Positions 12,501 through 25,709 of a stretch of DNA of 58,687 nt are shown one piece after another. How positions within the stretch are numbered: position 1 is the stretch's first letter; every line of letters starts with the position of its first letter. Below the pieces are notes generated by a model. The model searched no databases. It had not been told where the DNA came from and worked only from the letters and a program-made list of their open reading frames with translations. The translations under genes were made by a program, and so were the position numbers. The DNA comes from Nemertoderma westbladi (Eukaryota; Animalia; Xenacoelomorpha), in assembly GCA_032718475.1 (NCBI GenBank), contig JAUCBJ010004744.1, positions 1-58,687 on the forward strand. Direction: 5' to 3'.

Positions 12501-15126
12501 GATTGCTTTCATGCCAACTAATATTTCATGTATCAATGTTATTCTCCGATCAGTGAATGATGCAGCTTTCCGACGTACTAATGAAAATAATTTTGCAAAT
12601 CCTAGACTCAATGGGAAGACTAACATTACGAGTAACATACCAAAAATACCAGACCATTCCAGATTGAAATACATTAAAGGGAACACTAGAAATACCAAAA
12701 TAGGTGTTGAAATTAGACTATTCGCCAGAAATGAAAATTGTTCCACTCTTCCAACATCAGAGGACAACAAGTTAGTAACTTGACCTGTTGTAGTATTATT
12801 GATATTCCATGAATTTAATGTCAATATCTTTCTATATATAAGGGTACTGCATCCAACCTTAATTTTCATCCACAATAGGTTAGAATAAAAAGAAGAATTT
12901 ATGTTAGCAAACACTGATAAAAAAGAAGTTATTCCAATTATTAAGCAATCAAATAATGTTTTTTCTATTGAAAAATTGCTATCCATTTCCAAATAGTGTC
13001 CAATAAATCGTTGTAGAAATAATACTCTAACCAGCAGTGAAACTTCATGAATAGTTCTTAACATAGAACAAATGAGGTATTCTTTCCAATGTATTATTAT
13101 CAGTGTTCTCAGAATATTGAATTCTTCTTGTCTTGTTCCTCCGACTTTCTGAAATATATAAAAAATAAGAATGAGACCCCTTACATCACCTATATAATCG
13201 ACATGCTATATTGTAGTTAATGCAATACTGGCTTATTGACAAAATTGAGCAACTACAACTCCCTATCCCCCATGACTTTAGAGAGATGATCAGTATCTTC
13301 AAGGTTAGTGTCCTTTAAGAGGTGTCTCAAGAAAGTCATGGAATGTTCACCACATTCATTCTATCTATGTTTCTGCTAAAGCACCAGATAGTGCAAAGGT
13401 TGGTCCTCATGGCATAAACAATGTGCAGCAAAACGGAAAGGTGACTCCATTCAAGTGTAAGCTTGGGCTAAAGAAACACCTACAATGCATTATTGGTCTG
13501 GTTGGAGATATGTTTATTAAACTTGACATAATGAACCTGGTGTAACATTCTTGTGTATGAGCCATCCTGAGATTTGTTGTCCTCAGCAGTTAGAGCCCAA
13601 AATTTACTTCCATATAGGAGACCAGTTCTACTGCTGCTCTAAATAATCAACCTTGAGATTACATTTTATTCTGTGACTTCCAACCCGTAGATACACCATT
13701 CAATTTTGCCCATGCCTTTACCTTTATATATGCAGAGGTTGTCACCTGACTTTTATGCATACTTTTATGCTTACTTTACCAATTAGCAGAATCCACATAA
13801 GCAAGCAAACTTGATCCTGGCGTTGGAAGTTATGTTCATAATTCAGACATTTGTTGAGCACTGTTTAAGTAAACTGTCATCATGTTGGTCTTCATGAAGT
13901 TAACAAACAACTAACACTAGAAGCAACCAGCTCCAATGAGCTGAAGGGTCGATGAAAATAAACAAAACTGGTATGTATGCAGTCGGTCAAACGTCTAGAA
14001 ATGAATCTGAAGTTTTGTAAAAAAAATGAGACTGTCTATCAGTCAGTACATGTTAGTTTCAAACTTTTGATATAAACCGAAATAAGTCAGTCAATCATTG
14101 AAGAAATTAAATCAAACTTTGTAATGTATGCAGTACGACAAAAGGTTGGAAATAATCTGAAGCTTGGTCAAAAATGAGACAGTCTGTCAGTCGGTACCTG
14201 TAGTTTCAGACTTTAAAAAAAATCTAAAATAAGGCATCCAATCACAGATGAACTTAAACCAAACTTGTTATGTGTGCGGCTGCGTGCTGCGTGAAGGCCC
14301 CATGAACGTGTCACCAATAATGTGTGTATTTCTGAGTACATATTGTGTTTATAAAGCATTAAATTATTTATCAACGGGCAAAATCATGCCATTGTTTTAG
14401 AGCTTCTCAAAGGGGGACTTCCAACAGCTGATGTGATCAGCTGGAGATCTGCCTTAACCTTGGTGTTTTGTTTCCATTCACTCTCAGGCAGCAGATTTCT
14501 AGATTGCCTGCAACCATCATCGGCAGTGTTGATGGCATCAACCTGCTGATAGCTCCAGTATATGATATCTAAAATTAATATCCTTTTCCTGCAATAATTA
14601 GTTACTAACGACTCTGCAAAAACTATCTTACATACACTTACTGTAGCTTATAATGGCTATCAAAATTAGAAAATACTCAAGCAACACGTGTTCTAGAAGT
14701 TTATTGTTAGTGATTATTTTGCAGCATTCAACGCGATAGGCTACAACAGTTACGAGGATATCACTATAACGCAGAGAAGTTACATAATGTAGAAATATAT
14801 ACTATTTAATTTTAAAGCATAAATTTCGACCAACATGATGTTGGATGTAGTGTCCTACTCCCAGAAACGACTTTTACAACCTCGCCTCAGAGTCATTACT
14901 TTGATGGAGCGACTGCATGTAAATAGAACACAATAACACCCACCTTGCTGTTTAGAGTTTTTAGTAAAATGTAGCTCTGGTAATCAGCTGTTAGACTTTC
15001 AGGAATTGGTCTAATGAAGTCATCACTAGAGATTCTCCTGTGCGACTGGATCCTTAGAAAAGGCAAAATGTATGAATAGAACAAAGGGAAGAAAGGGTTA
15101 ATTTTCAAATGTGCAATCATAATCAT
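9533..15126 (-). CDS. ABCC/MRP4-like ABC transporter (L0-TMD1-NBD1-TMD2-NBD2, no TMD0); at least 2 exons; one frameshift near 10550
   Basis: NBD1 GPVGSGKS, LSGGQ, YLMDD; NBD2 GRTGAGKS, LSVGE, VLIDEA; TMD2 FFEQNPAGGILNRFSKD. Upstream exon ~15126-14944 encodes L0-like NPFFPLFYSYILPFLRIQSHRRISSDD; phase-0 GT-AG intron 14943-13149 joins it in frame to exon 13148-9533. Confidence 0.9.
13965..14275. repeat. Degenerate ~150-bp tandem duplication in the ABCC intron
   Basis: TATGCAGT..AATCTGAAG..AAAATGAGAC..TCAGTC..TAGTTTCA occurs twice. Confidence 0.6.
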
Positions 15127-15879
15127 CAATTTTGGAACAGTAGGTTCAGTATGAAATAGCCAACAACTTATCCCTATGTAAAAAGTCAGTCTGACTGCTT
15201 ATGGTATGATTCTGTATGGTAAAGTATGGTGTGGTATGGCGTTGTACACGGTATGATAGGGCCTAGGCCTATGGTACAATGTAAGTTCAGGACAGCTAAG
15301 GGAGGATTATGGATAAGCTGAAAAAGGTTTTCTTGGCATTCTCGGGTGCTCCAATTCTTCTTTATCTTTCACCTCAAATATGCATTCTGTGTACAGCAAT
15401 AATTCAATCAAAATTCGGGAAATCTGAGTTTTTTTCATTCAATTTAATGCTTCCAGCTGCCACATTTCCAAACTCACCGTCGTCTTGGTGGGTGCAAGAC
15501 AAAACTCATTTTCGTCTCCAAGAAGTCTCAAAGGTCATGACTGCTCTGCCATGAAGAACCCAAGTGTTAATTTAGAATACATTCACTATTAGGATTTCCA
15601 TCAGTGTGAATACAAACCACCCGGGAAGAAATTAATTACTGGGACAGGTACAATGCTGTGAATGCTGTGACCGGTACAGCCAATGACAGTGTCCGCCCTG
15701 TCACTACTGCAGCTTCATGTAGACCAATAAAGCATGTGATTGTGATTGTGTAACTCCTGAACTATTCAAGATCCATGAATTCTTGCAATTACTTTATCCA
15801 ATGCTCAAACATTAAAAAATGCACCACAAGGTCAATTTAGCTACTATTTGTTGACCCATAGAAACGAAACGTTTTTCTT

Positions 15880-16050
15880 TCATATAACAGAAACAGTCTG
15901 ATCTCGTTTACAGCTGAGCTATTCGATAAAATATCATGAACAGGATAAGGGATCCCATGGAAAATCTCCTGCACCACAACCAAAATGGGTTCCATAAAGT
16001 TAGAAGTAACCAGGAATCCATTCTCGCATCATGTAGAATTCTTGGAGGCT
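15880..16050 (+). pseudogene. Decayed non-LTR (RTE-like) reverse transcriptase fragment
   Basis: Translates as NRIRDPMENLLHHNQNGFHKVRS, matching the NR....L...QxGF..RS RT motif. Confidence 0.55.
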
Positions 16051-16457
16051 TTCGACTCCGACTTCCGGCCAACCATGTTAAAGAGCTGTAACTTCAGGTT
16101 ATTATTTACCTAAAGTACACTATTTTACATGCAGTATGTATAGTGTGCGGAACAGTATAATGTGGTACAGTATATATATAGTATGGAATATGGTACGTTA
16201 ACAGAATGCTTCACTAATAAGCAAATCCTACAGTTATTTGTAGTCGCTCCTAATCCTGTAAAAATAATTAACCCCTAATTTCCAACCTTTACACAGCATA
16301 TTCAAACACGAGACACCTATACCCATGCATTAAACAACACTAAACTGTTTCCGAGTTACTGTAGGCCCAATAGTAGGTCTAGATTTAAATTAAAAAACCT
16401 CCAGGCACACACAATCAGTCATCAGCTCATGTTGACTTTTCTAACTTGTGGTAGCAG

Positions 16458-19175
16458 GTATGTAGGTCTCCTGTATGATAATTATACAGTTTGATGTGGT
16501 TCTGTATTCGTATCAGTTGGTACATTATGTACGATGTATGTAGGCCTACTGTATGATAATTATACAGTTTGATGTAGATCTGTATTCGTATCAGTAGGTA
16601 CAGTATGTACTATGTATGTAGGCCTCCTGGATGATAATTATACAGTTCGATGTGAATCTGTATTCGTATCAGTTGGTACAGTATGTACTATGTATGTAGG
16701 CCTATTGTATGCTAATTATACAGTTTGATGTGGATCTGTATTCGTATCAGTTGGTACAATATGTACTATGTATGTAGGCCTCCTGTATGATAATTATACA
16801 GTTTGATGTAGATCTGTATTCTATTCTGTGTATGTACAGTACTATGTATGTAGGCTTTCTATGATAATTATACAGTTTGATGTGGATCTGTATTCGTATC
16901 AGTTGATACAGTATGTACTATGTTTGTAGGCCTCCTGTATGATAATTATGCAGTTTGATGTGGATCTGTATTCGTATCAGTTGATACAGTATGTACTATG
17001 TTTGTAGGCCTCCTGTATGATAATTATGCAGTTTGATGTGGATCTGTATTCGTATCAGTTGATACAGTATGTACTATGTTTGTAGGCCTCCTGTATGATA
17101 ATTATGCAGTTTGATGTGGATCTGTATTCGTATCAGTTGATACAGTATGTACTATGTTTGTAGGCCTCCTGTATGATAATTATGCAGTTTGATGTAGATC
17201 CGTATTCGTATCAGTTGATACAGTATGTACTATGTATGTAGGCCTCCTGTATGAAAATTATGCAGTTTGATGTAGATCTGTATTCGTATCAGTTGGTACA
17301 GTATGTACTATGTATGTAGGCCTCCTATGATAATTATACAGTTTGATGTGGATCTGTATTCGTATCAGTTGGTATAGTATGTACTATGTATGTAAGCCTT
17401 CTGTACGATAATTATACAGTTTGATGTAGATCTGTATTCGTATCAGTTGGTACAGTATGTACTATGAATGTAGGCCTACTGTATGATAATTATACAGTTT
17501 GATGTGGATCTGTATTCATATCAGTTGGTACAGTATGTACTATGTATGTAGGCCTCCTGTATGATAATTATACAGTTTGATGTGGTTCTGTATTCGTATC
17601 AGTTGGTACAGTATGTACTATGTATGTAGGCCTCCTGTATGATAATTATACAGTTTGATGTGGTTCTGTATTCGTATCAGTTGGTACAGTATGTACTATG
17701 TATGTAGGCCTCCTGTATGATAATTATACAGTTTGATGTGGTTCTGTATTTGTATCAGTATGTACGAAGTATGTAGGCCTCCTGTATGATAATTATAAAG
17801 TATGATGTGGATCTGTATTCGTATCAGTAGGTACAGTATGTACTGTGTATGTAGGCCTACTGTATGATAATTATACAGTTTGATGTGGTTCTGTATTTTG
17901 TATCAGTTGGTACAGTATGTACTATGTATGTAGGCCTACTGTATGATAATTATACAGTTTGATGTGGATCTGTATTCGTATCAGTTGGTACAGTATGTAC
18001 TATGTATGTAGGCCTACTGTATGATAATTATACAGTTTGATGTGGATCTGTATTCGTATCAGTTGGTACAGTATGTACTATGTATGTAGGCCTACTGTAT
18101 GATAATTATACAGTTTGATGTGGATCTGTATTCGTATCAGTTGGTACAGTATGTACTATGTATGTAGGCCTACTGTATTATAATTATGCAGTTTGATGTG
18201 GATCTGTATTTGTATCAGTATGTACGAAGTATGTAGGCCTCCTGTATGATAATTATAAAGTTTGATGTGGATCTGTATTCGTATCAGTAGGTACAGTATG
18301 TACTGTGTATGTAGGCCTACTGTATGATAATTATACAGTTTGATGTGGTTCTGTATTTTGTATCAGTTGGTACAGTATGTACTATGTATGTAGGCCTACT
18401 GTATGATAATTATACAGTTTGATGTGGATCTGTATTCGTATCAGTTGGTACAGTATGTACTATGTATGTAAGCCTTCTGTACGATAATTATACAGTTTGA
18501 TGTGGATCTGTATTCGTATCAGTTGGTACAGTATGTACTATGTATGTAGGCCTACTGTATGATAATTATACAGTTTGATGTGGATCTGTATTCGTATCAG
18601 TTGGTACAGTATGTACTATGTATGTAGGCCTACTGTATTATAATTATGCAGTTTGATGTGGATCTGTATACGAATCAGTATGTACTGTACGATGTATGTA
18701 GGCATCCTGTATGATAATTATACAGTTTGATGTGGATCTGTATTCGTATCAGTTGGTAAAGTATGTACTATGTATGTAGGCCTATGCCTCCTGTATGATA
18801 ATTATACAGTTTGATGTGGATCTGTATTCGTATCAGTTGGTACAGTATGTACTATGTATGTATGCCTCCTGTATGATAATTATACAGTTTGATGTGGATC
18901 TGTATTCGTATCAGTTGGTACAGTATGTACTATGTATGTATGCCTCCTGTATGATAATTATGCAGTTTGATGTGGATCTGTATTCGTATCAGTTGGTACA
19001 GTATGTACTATGTATGTATGCCTCCTGTATGATAATTATACAGTTTGATGTGGATCTGTATTCGTATCAGTTGGTACAGTATGTACTATGTATGTAGGCC
19101 TCCTGTATGATAATTATACAGTTTGATGTGGATCTGTATTCGTATCAGTAGCAGACAGTATGTACCATGTATGTA
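16458..19175. repeat. 78-bp satellite array, about 34-35 units
   Basis: Consensus GTATGTAGGCCTCCTGTATGATAATTATACAGTTTGATGTGGATCTGTATTCGTATCAGTTGGTACAGTATGTACTAT. Confidence 0.97.
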
Positions 19176-19919
19176 CTGTAGGGTTGTAGGCCTGGGTACA
19201 ACCTGTGATTTTATGGTTGACTAAACTGTAACCAATTAAATCTAAATCGGTAGTTTTGGTCATATAAACTGCAAACCGGAGATTATAATGAATGCTGATA
19301 TCAGTTTCACCATATGCGAGTTCGAATTGATGTTATTAAGATGCAAATCAGCCGTGATTTATAATTTTGCTTATCATGGTGCATGCTGCCTAATGTAGGC
19401 CTACAAACATGATAAGTAAATCATGAACTGAAATGAAATATATAATGGGAAATTTTCTTGATGCACCTGTTTGAAAATATTGAAATATAAATATATAAAT
19501 ATCTGAAAAGATTGAATAAAATATAAAATATTGACATTATTATTATTAACATGAATTTAACATCTGGTAAAATTCCGTATTTGAGGTTTTACTCAATATT
19601 TCTAGCAAGTAATATGCATATCATCTGCCTTAAACTCTAATGATAGTACTGTAATCCTACGGTTTTCCCTTGTATGTTTTTAAAATGTCATAAACATTTA
19701 GGCGTATGGGGTTAGATTTTCCTATGTTGTTGAATCTCATTCTAGCGCGCTGTATTGCTGTCCGACCTCGTTCAGTATTACGCATTGCTGATCGCTCTTC
19801 CTCATTGGTACATCTTATTTTATTAAATAACTACTGTAAACGTATATTTCATATCTATTAAATTGATATTATAATATAGAAAAATTATTTTGCTTTATAA
19901 ATTGAATGTACAGTAGTAG

Positions 19920-20460
19920 TGCATGTTGCTACATTCCAACCAATGACTCAGAGCCAGAACAAGCAGTCAAGTTTTATGAAGATCTGACTGGACTTATAAA
20001 GGACATTCCGAAACACAATGTTAAAGTCATTGCAGGCGACCTGAATGCGCAAATTGGCCCAGAAGACATCAAGGGTTACACCTAGAACACCAGTTCTAAC
20101 AGAAATGGGTACATACTTTTAGACCTAATGGAAGAATGTGAATTGATACCAACAAACAACACATTCGAAAAGAGTAAGGGGAAGCTATGGACCTTTCAAT
20201 ACCCTAATGGAACCAAAGCACAACTGGATTACATCCTTATTAACAAAAAGTAGATCATGCTGTTATCAACTGCGAAGCATACAGCTCGTTCAACCTAATT
20301 GGTTCGGACCACATAATTGTGACTGCCTCAGTTTGAGAGCCAGCCAACCCAGGACAAGCAAGCAAATCAACTATGACTGGGAGAAACTCAGAACTGACAA
20401 TGCTGTAAAGGATGCTTGCACAGTAGAAGTTAAAAACCGCTTTGAAGCACTTCAATCAAT
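19920..20460 (+). pseudogene. Non-LTR retrotransposon AP-endonuclease fragment (RTE-like), disrupted
   Basis: FYEDL..IPKHNVKVIAGDLNAQIG, NRNG, WTFQYPNG..AQLDYIL and GSDH motifs, with stops and frameshifts. Confidence 0.85.
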
Positions 20461-20911
20461 GGATTCACATAACCAGCACTTTTCCACTGGGTGGTAGCGC
20501 CTCCAGACCATCTTAATTATCGCATTGACTCAATATAAATCACCCCAATCATGATTCCTTTATCTCGCTTCACTTATTATAGATTTTGTGTTGGGGTTCA
20601 TTTTGGTAATAATAACTCCTATACATAAAAAGTATTCTAGAACAAAATTATTTATCAAAATTGATAGCTAACACGTGTTCATAACATTTATAAAAACGTA
20701 GAAAAGACTAGCTAGTATAAAAAATCAATGTCATGGAAATTACTTTGAAATTTAATTCAACATAACTTTTTATGTTAACAACAAAGTGTTATTTTTTGCC
20801 AAACTTGTTAACGACTTTGACAAAAAAAGTGACTTAAGAACAAATTTACTTTATTGAATTCTGGTTGATTATTTGGTTCTCTTAAGATTGAAAGAACTAC
20901 GGTACAATACC

Positions 20912-21670
20912 TACTACTATTACTAAGTCGAGCGATCTCGGACAGTGGAAATGAGATCCTTCCAGGCTTCCCGATTCTCCATAGTTGTCGCAATTTCGTT
21001 TCTCCCAAGTTCAGTATCCCTTTAAAGTTGATCTATATATGTTATGGCCGGTCGTCCACGACTACGCTTTCCATGAGTTGGTTGCCAGAAAAGTAGATCT
21101 TGTATGACCTCGTCTTTACTTCGCCAGCAGTGCCCACTGAATCTTAATCTGCGTTCAAGGAGGGTGGTTGATACAGGTGGTATTGTACCATAAAGCTCGG
21201 CGTTTGTCATGTGTTGTCTCCAGCTGATGTTTAGGGCTGCCCTTAGTAGTCTTGTGTAGCAACCATCAATTCGTTGATCAAGTGATTTAGTCAGTGTCCA
21301 GGTCTCACCCCCGTATAAAAATACATTTTCTACTGTTGCTCGAAAGAACTTAGTCTTCAGGTGCCTGGGGAGATCTGATTTCCAGGTGGTATCCATTTTT
21401 GATAGAGCTGCCTAAGCCTTTGCTTTCCTAACTTCTATGTCCTTTTTGCTACTCTCTATCCATGATCCTAGGTACTGGAAGTCGTCAACCTTCCTTAGTT
21501 GATTATTATCAATGGTTGTCAAGTTTCCATCAACATTAAAGGTCATGAATTCGGTCTTGGTAGCATCTATATGCAATCCAACCTCCTTAGCAGCCCTCTC
21601 CACTTTATTCAGTAGAAGCTGTGCATCTGCTAGCGTATTAGAGAGCAGGGCGATGTCATCCGCGAAGTCG
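20912..21670 (-). mobile_element. 5'-truncated RTE-clade LINE 3' end (RT C-terminus) with (TAG)n tail
   Basis: DFADDIALL, FQYLGS, LYGGETWTL, RRLRFSGHCWR, RGRP; in-frame stops at 21412 and 21022; TAG-repeat tail at 20912-20926. Confidence 0.9.
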
Positions 21671-21671
21671 T

Positions 21672-22098
21672 GGGCGAGGAGGTGCTCAGGTGGGTCCGCG
21701 AAAACCAGGACGAGCACCGCCTGCCGATCATCTTCATGACGATCCGCGACGACGAGAGCGGCATCACCCAGATTCTCAACGCGGGCGCCGACGATTACGT
21801 CGTCAAGCCCGTGTCGGGGCCGGTGCTGCGCGCGCGCATCGACGCGCTGCTGCGGCGCGCGTATCCGGCCAATACCGAAGCCGTGGTGCGCGAATTCGGG
21901 CGCTACAAGTTCGATACCAATCTGAAGCAGGCCTATCTCGACGACAAGCCCGTCAACCTGACGCTCAAGGAATTCGAGCTCGCGCTGCTGCTGTTCCAGC
22001 ATCTCGATCGGCCGCTGTCGCGTGCGCACATCCTCGATCTGGTCTGGAAGCAGGCGACCGATATCCCGTCGCGTACGATGGACACGCACGTGTCGATG
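21672..22098 (+). pseudogene. Fragment of a bacterial OmpR/PhoB-family response regulator (high GC), truncated at both ends
   Basis: LPIIFMT, GADDYVVKP, LRARIDALLRR, LTLKEFEL, LSRAHILDLVW, RTMDTHVS; abrupt GC-rich island with G/C-ending codons. Confidence 0.92.
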
Positions 22099-22381
22099 TA
22101 GCAAACAGTACTACTCATATTATAATTTGATGTGTGTTTGAAATCCTGGGGACTATGTACACCAAAGTTACATCAAGTTTTATTTTTGAAAATATTGAAT
22201 TTTATTAAAAACACGAAATTTAAAATGGCCATAACTTCGGTTCTAATGAACCAAATTTGTTGAAATTTTCAACATAACTTAATAATAGCAATATCGTCAG
22301 ACCCTGTAAATTTGGTAAAGATCGAATCATTTTAAAAAAATGAGTGCCACCGAGATTTGTCGAATTTGAATGGAATCACTC

Positions 22382-22687
22382 GCCCACAAATATCATGTAG
22401 ATAACGATAGAACGCTTCTTCATCCCCATTGAAGTCAATGAAGCGATTAACGAGCTGATAAGCGTATTTAATTCGCTTTGTTCCCAGCCGCTTGGAGAAT
22501 GCTTCACCAATCTCGGGAACCTCTATGACCTTTGTTCCCAGCCGCTTGGAGAATGCTTCACCAATCTCGGGAACCTCTATGACCTTTGTTCCCAGCCGCT
22601 TGGAGAATGCTTCACCAATCTCGGGAACCTCTATGACCTTTGTTCCCAGCCGCTTGGAGAATGCTTCACCAATCTCTTGAACCTCTA
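22382..22687 (-). pseudogene. BAF-like gene copy 1, truncated, with ~4 x 54-bp HhH repeats
   Basis: Same sequence as the copies at 34 kb and 41 kb; ends just after HDICG. Confidence 0.75.
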
Positions 22688-23547
22688 GATCTGGTAGTAA
22701 TAGTCATATACATGTAAACTACCCCTTTATGCTGTGTTGTATATGAATAATTGGCGAATGATTGGAATAATAAAGTGTGACTTACTGGTAGGACATTATA
22801 TGAGGCCTAGTGTAGGGTAAGTACACGTTGCATGCATATTACACATATGGCCATATCGCTGTACATTGTGATTATAAGTTGCTTAGTTGGGGGATAATAT
22901 TTCAGTACCTGGAAGCTTACACACACAGTGTGTTTGAACCAAGACCGTCTGTAAATTAATGCTGCGGTTGGCACTCACCAGATCGAAAAGAGCGTGATGT
23001 GATCTCGTCTCCAGTGTATTCTCAAACAATACATGCAATAATAGTATTTAATGACAATGAAGTATAATATGCAATAGCAATAAAATGACGCTGTGATAAT
23101 GAAATGCCACTGGGATAGTGGTAAATTATCAGACCTCCTGTGATTAAAGGGGGGTCTACATGGAATGAAGAAACTAAGATGTTACATTTAAGAATGCAGC
23201 TACATCATTGCATACTACATATTGGTACAACATTATGCTATGGGTTATGGCCAATAATCAAGAAACCAGCACTAGTAAATACTGCAATTACAGAATTAGC
23301 CAATGTACACGAAAATATTGCTACTGACAATTTGTATGATGTTGCGCTGTATTACAATAATACTGCATTGGGCAATCGCACATTATGACAATATTATATA
23401 CTGGATAATCAAGAAATAATGTTTAAGATTTGGAATAGATGATGGGTCAGATGTGAGGCTAGCCCACTGTTCAACAGTTATAGCATATTTCAGTGAGCGT
23501 AGGAATCACATAATAGCTCTTGTTGCATTCGATGAATGGGAGAATCT

Positions 23548-23785
23548 TTAAGGCTCATTAAGCCAAGGAATGCCTGTTCACCACCATTGGTGATCTTCCA
23601 CAGTACACCCTTCCACTTTGTTTCCCAAGTTGACTTGGTTCCCATTTATCGACCACTGAAGGATGAAAGCCGGGATTGGGCTAGGCTGCAGCATTTAAAG
23701 CACTGTGCCCAAATAGTGATGCCCCATCTAGGGATCGAACCCGGGCTCTGTAATTGGAAGCCCAGGAATGTCACCACTAGACCAA
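23548..23785 (-). mobile_element. tRNA-derived SINE
   Basis: Minus strand carries A box TGGTCTAGTGG and B box GGTTCGATCCC at tRNA-like spacing, followed by a ~180-bp body. Confidence 0.7.
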
Positions 23786-23965
23786 GTTGCTGCTTGGTTT
23801 GCTGCTCGGATTGCATTCGATAAACAAGTGATAAAAGTCTTTCTTATTAGAGATGGTGGTTGAGGTGATTGTTGTAGTGGCAGTAGTACTATCAGTGGTA
23901 GATAACTCAGTACCAGCTGTAGTGTTGGTAGTGATAGTGGATGACTCACTATTAGCTGACTATTG

Positions 23966-24404
23966 GTTAGTTACCAGATTAGTTGGCTCACTATTACTCT
24001 CTGTCTCTCATATCCAACGAATTGTATGATATGCATTCCAGTCTGGGCCAACGATCTGGATCCCACCTGCTTATCTTTTCCTTCCCCATTTTGCCCAAAG
24101 CTAGGCTCACCAGCACATAAATTACACAAAAAACACAAACAGCAATGAACCCCTCCCCCCCCCCCCCCCCCCAATTAACCAGAAACAGGGTCCATGACTT
24201 CTTATATAATATAGTAAGGTCGTTTCCTCCCTGTAGGTGGGCCAGAAGGTACTAGCACTGGTTCCTCCAGGGCTGGGACAAGACAATATCTTCTTCATTG
24301 GGAGCTAAATTCTCCCTGGCTGAATAAAACGATTCAGACGACGTTTTGGTTGACATACTTGATTTATTTGAACAACCGAAATATTTAAAATATAAGTTCT
24401 GATT
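23966..24404. repeat. Segment duplicated at 38144-38584
   Basis: Near-identical sequence including the poly-C tract. Confidence 0.95.
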
Positions 24405-24694
24405 ACTCAGTTATTGGCATATCAGATATGGTAAAGTGGGGTTGGGTTACATTGATCTGTGAGGGGTCTGTGATCTGTCGAACGGGTGTCCGTGCCGCCA
24501 GTGGTGCAAGAGAACTAGCCCTAGTTACGATGGTCTAGCTGCATATAGTATCTATCCCACCATCTCACTTATTGCTGAACCCCTGGCTCACATTGTTAAC
24601 ATCTCACTGTCCACTGGCTCAGACTTATATATTATTAAACTCTAGGAGTGTTGATGGTAGCATTTCGAGATATCTTTAAAAACATGGATTATTT

Positions 24695-24916
24695 TTATAT
24701 ATATAATTTGTACATATAGCAAATATGCAAAGTCGGCCACTTTATATATTGACTGTTTTCATGAGTTTTCATCATTCGCCACTGCGATGCATTCCTTGGC
24801 CAATGTATCATTTGAATTGACTCCTTCTCAACAAGCCAGTAGATGAGCCCCCATTCTAGAGATGGGAGATTATCACCAATGAAGTCAACCACAACATATT
24901 TCTTCATTATTAGCAA
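24695..24916 (-). pseudogene. Possible fragment of a DNA-transposon accessory protein N-terminus
   Basis: YVVVDF..WL..HWP..W pattern resembles the N-termini of transposon-associated DUF4806-type proteins; weak. Confidence 0.25.
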
Positions 24917-25709
24917 TATATGTATTACTATTTAGTTGAATGCAATAATGGTAAGGCAATATAGTCGTTAGGGGTATTAGTGTCGCATACCGTTTTTAAG
25001 GGCAGGCAAGATAATTTAATTAGGGAACACTGAGGGTAATTAATTAATCACTCTCGTTGGAGTGTTTTCATGAAATAGAATAGAGTATCTTTGACTCGAA
25101 ATACACCCACTTTGCTCGAGTTGCAGGGATAATTATAAAAACAACCGACCCACCATGAGAGATGTTTCTGACGTTTAGAAACACTTCTGCAGAGTTTGCC
25201 TGTTTGAGGTATGGTATATTTCTTTTACAATGACTATTTCATTCTTACCTGCATCCCAAAAAATTCAATTATCCAATTATTCATTCAATTATCACCAATT
25301 TTAGTACTAATTAAAAAATTGGAGGATACCAAATCTCTGAATTTCGTTATGAAAGCATTGCAAGAGTCTTCAAAGGCAGTCAACCCCAAATTAGATGATT
25401 TCACACCAAAAATTTTTTTTTGCACAAAATATATTTTTTTGTAGCACCAATTTACATCCCCCAATTTTGAATATTTCTCACCAAAAAGCATTTAATTATT
25501 TTGGTGTTGAATAATTGTTTTTGGTATGACTTTAATTGGTAGCCTATTTTTTATATCTTACAAACGTGGTGTTCTTCAATTTATTATTGCTACTATCAAT
25601 TAATTAAAAAGTACAATAGTGTAAGTACTGTATGTAAATGATTAGTTAAGGTTTTCTATATTTTTTAATTAGCAAATTTTATTATCAATTTGAATATTAA
25701 AATGCCTAC

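Noticed and set aside
18795-19097. 100-aa repetitive ORF
   Set aside because: Arises from three satellite units that lost a TAG; neighbouring units contain stops
21412-22104. 230-aa minus-strand ORF as a real fusion protein
   Set aside because: The first half is the antisense of a GC-rich bacterial gene, which is often stop-free by chance; the RT half ends at a premature stop
23725-23785. tRNA gene
   Set aside because: A and B boxes are present but there is no convincing cloverleaf; it continues into a SINE body
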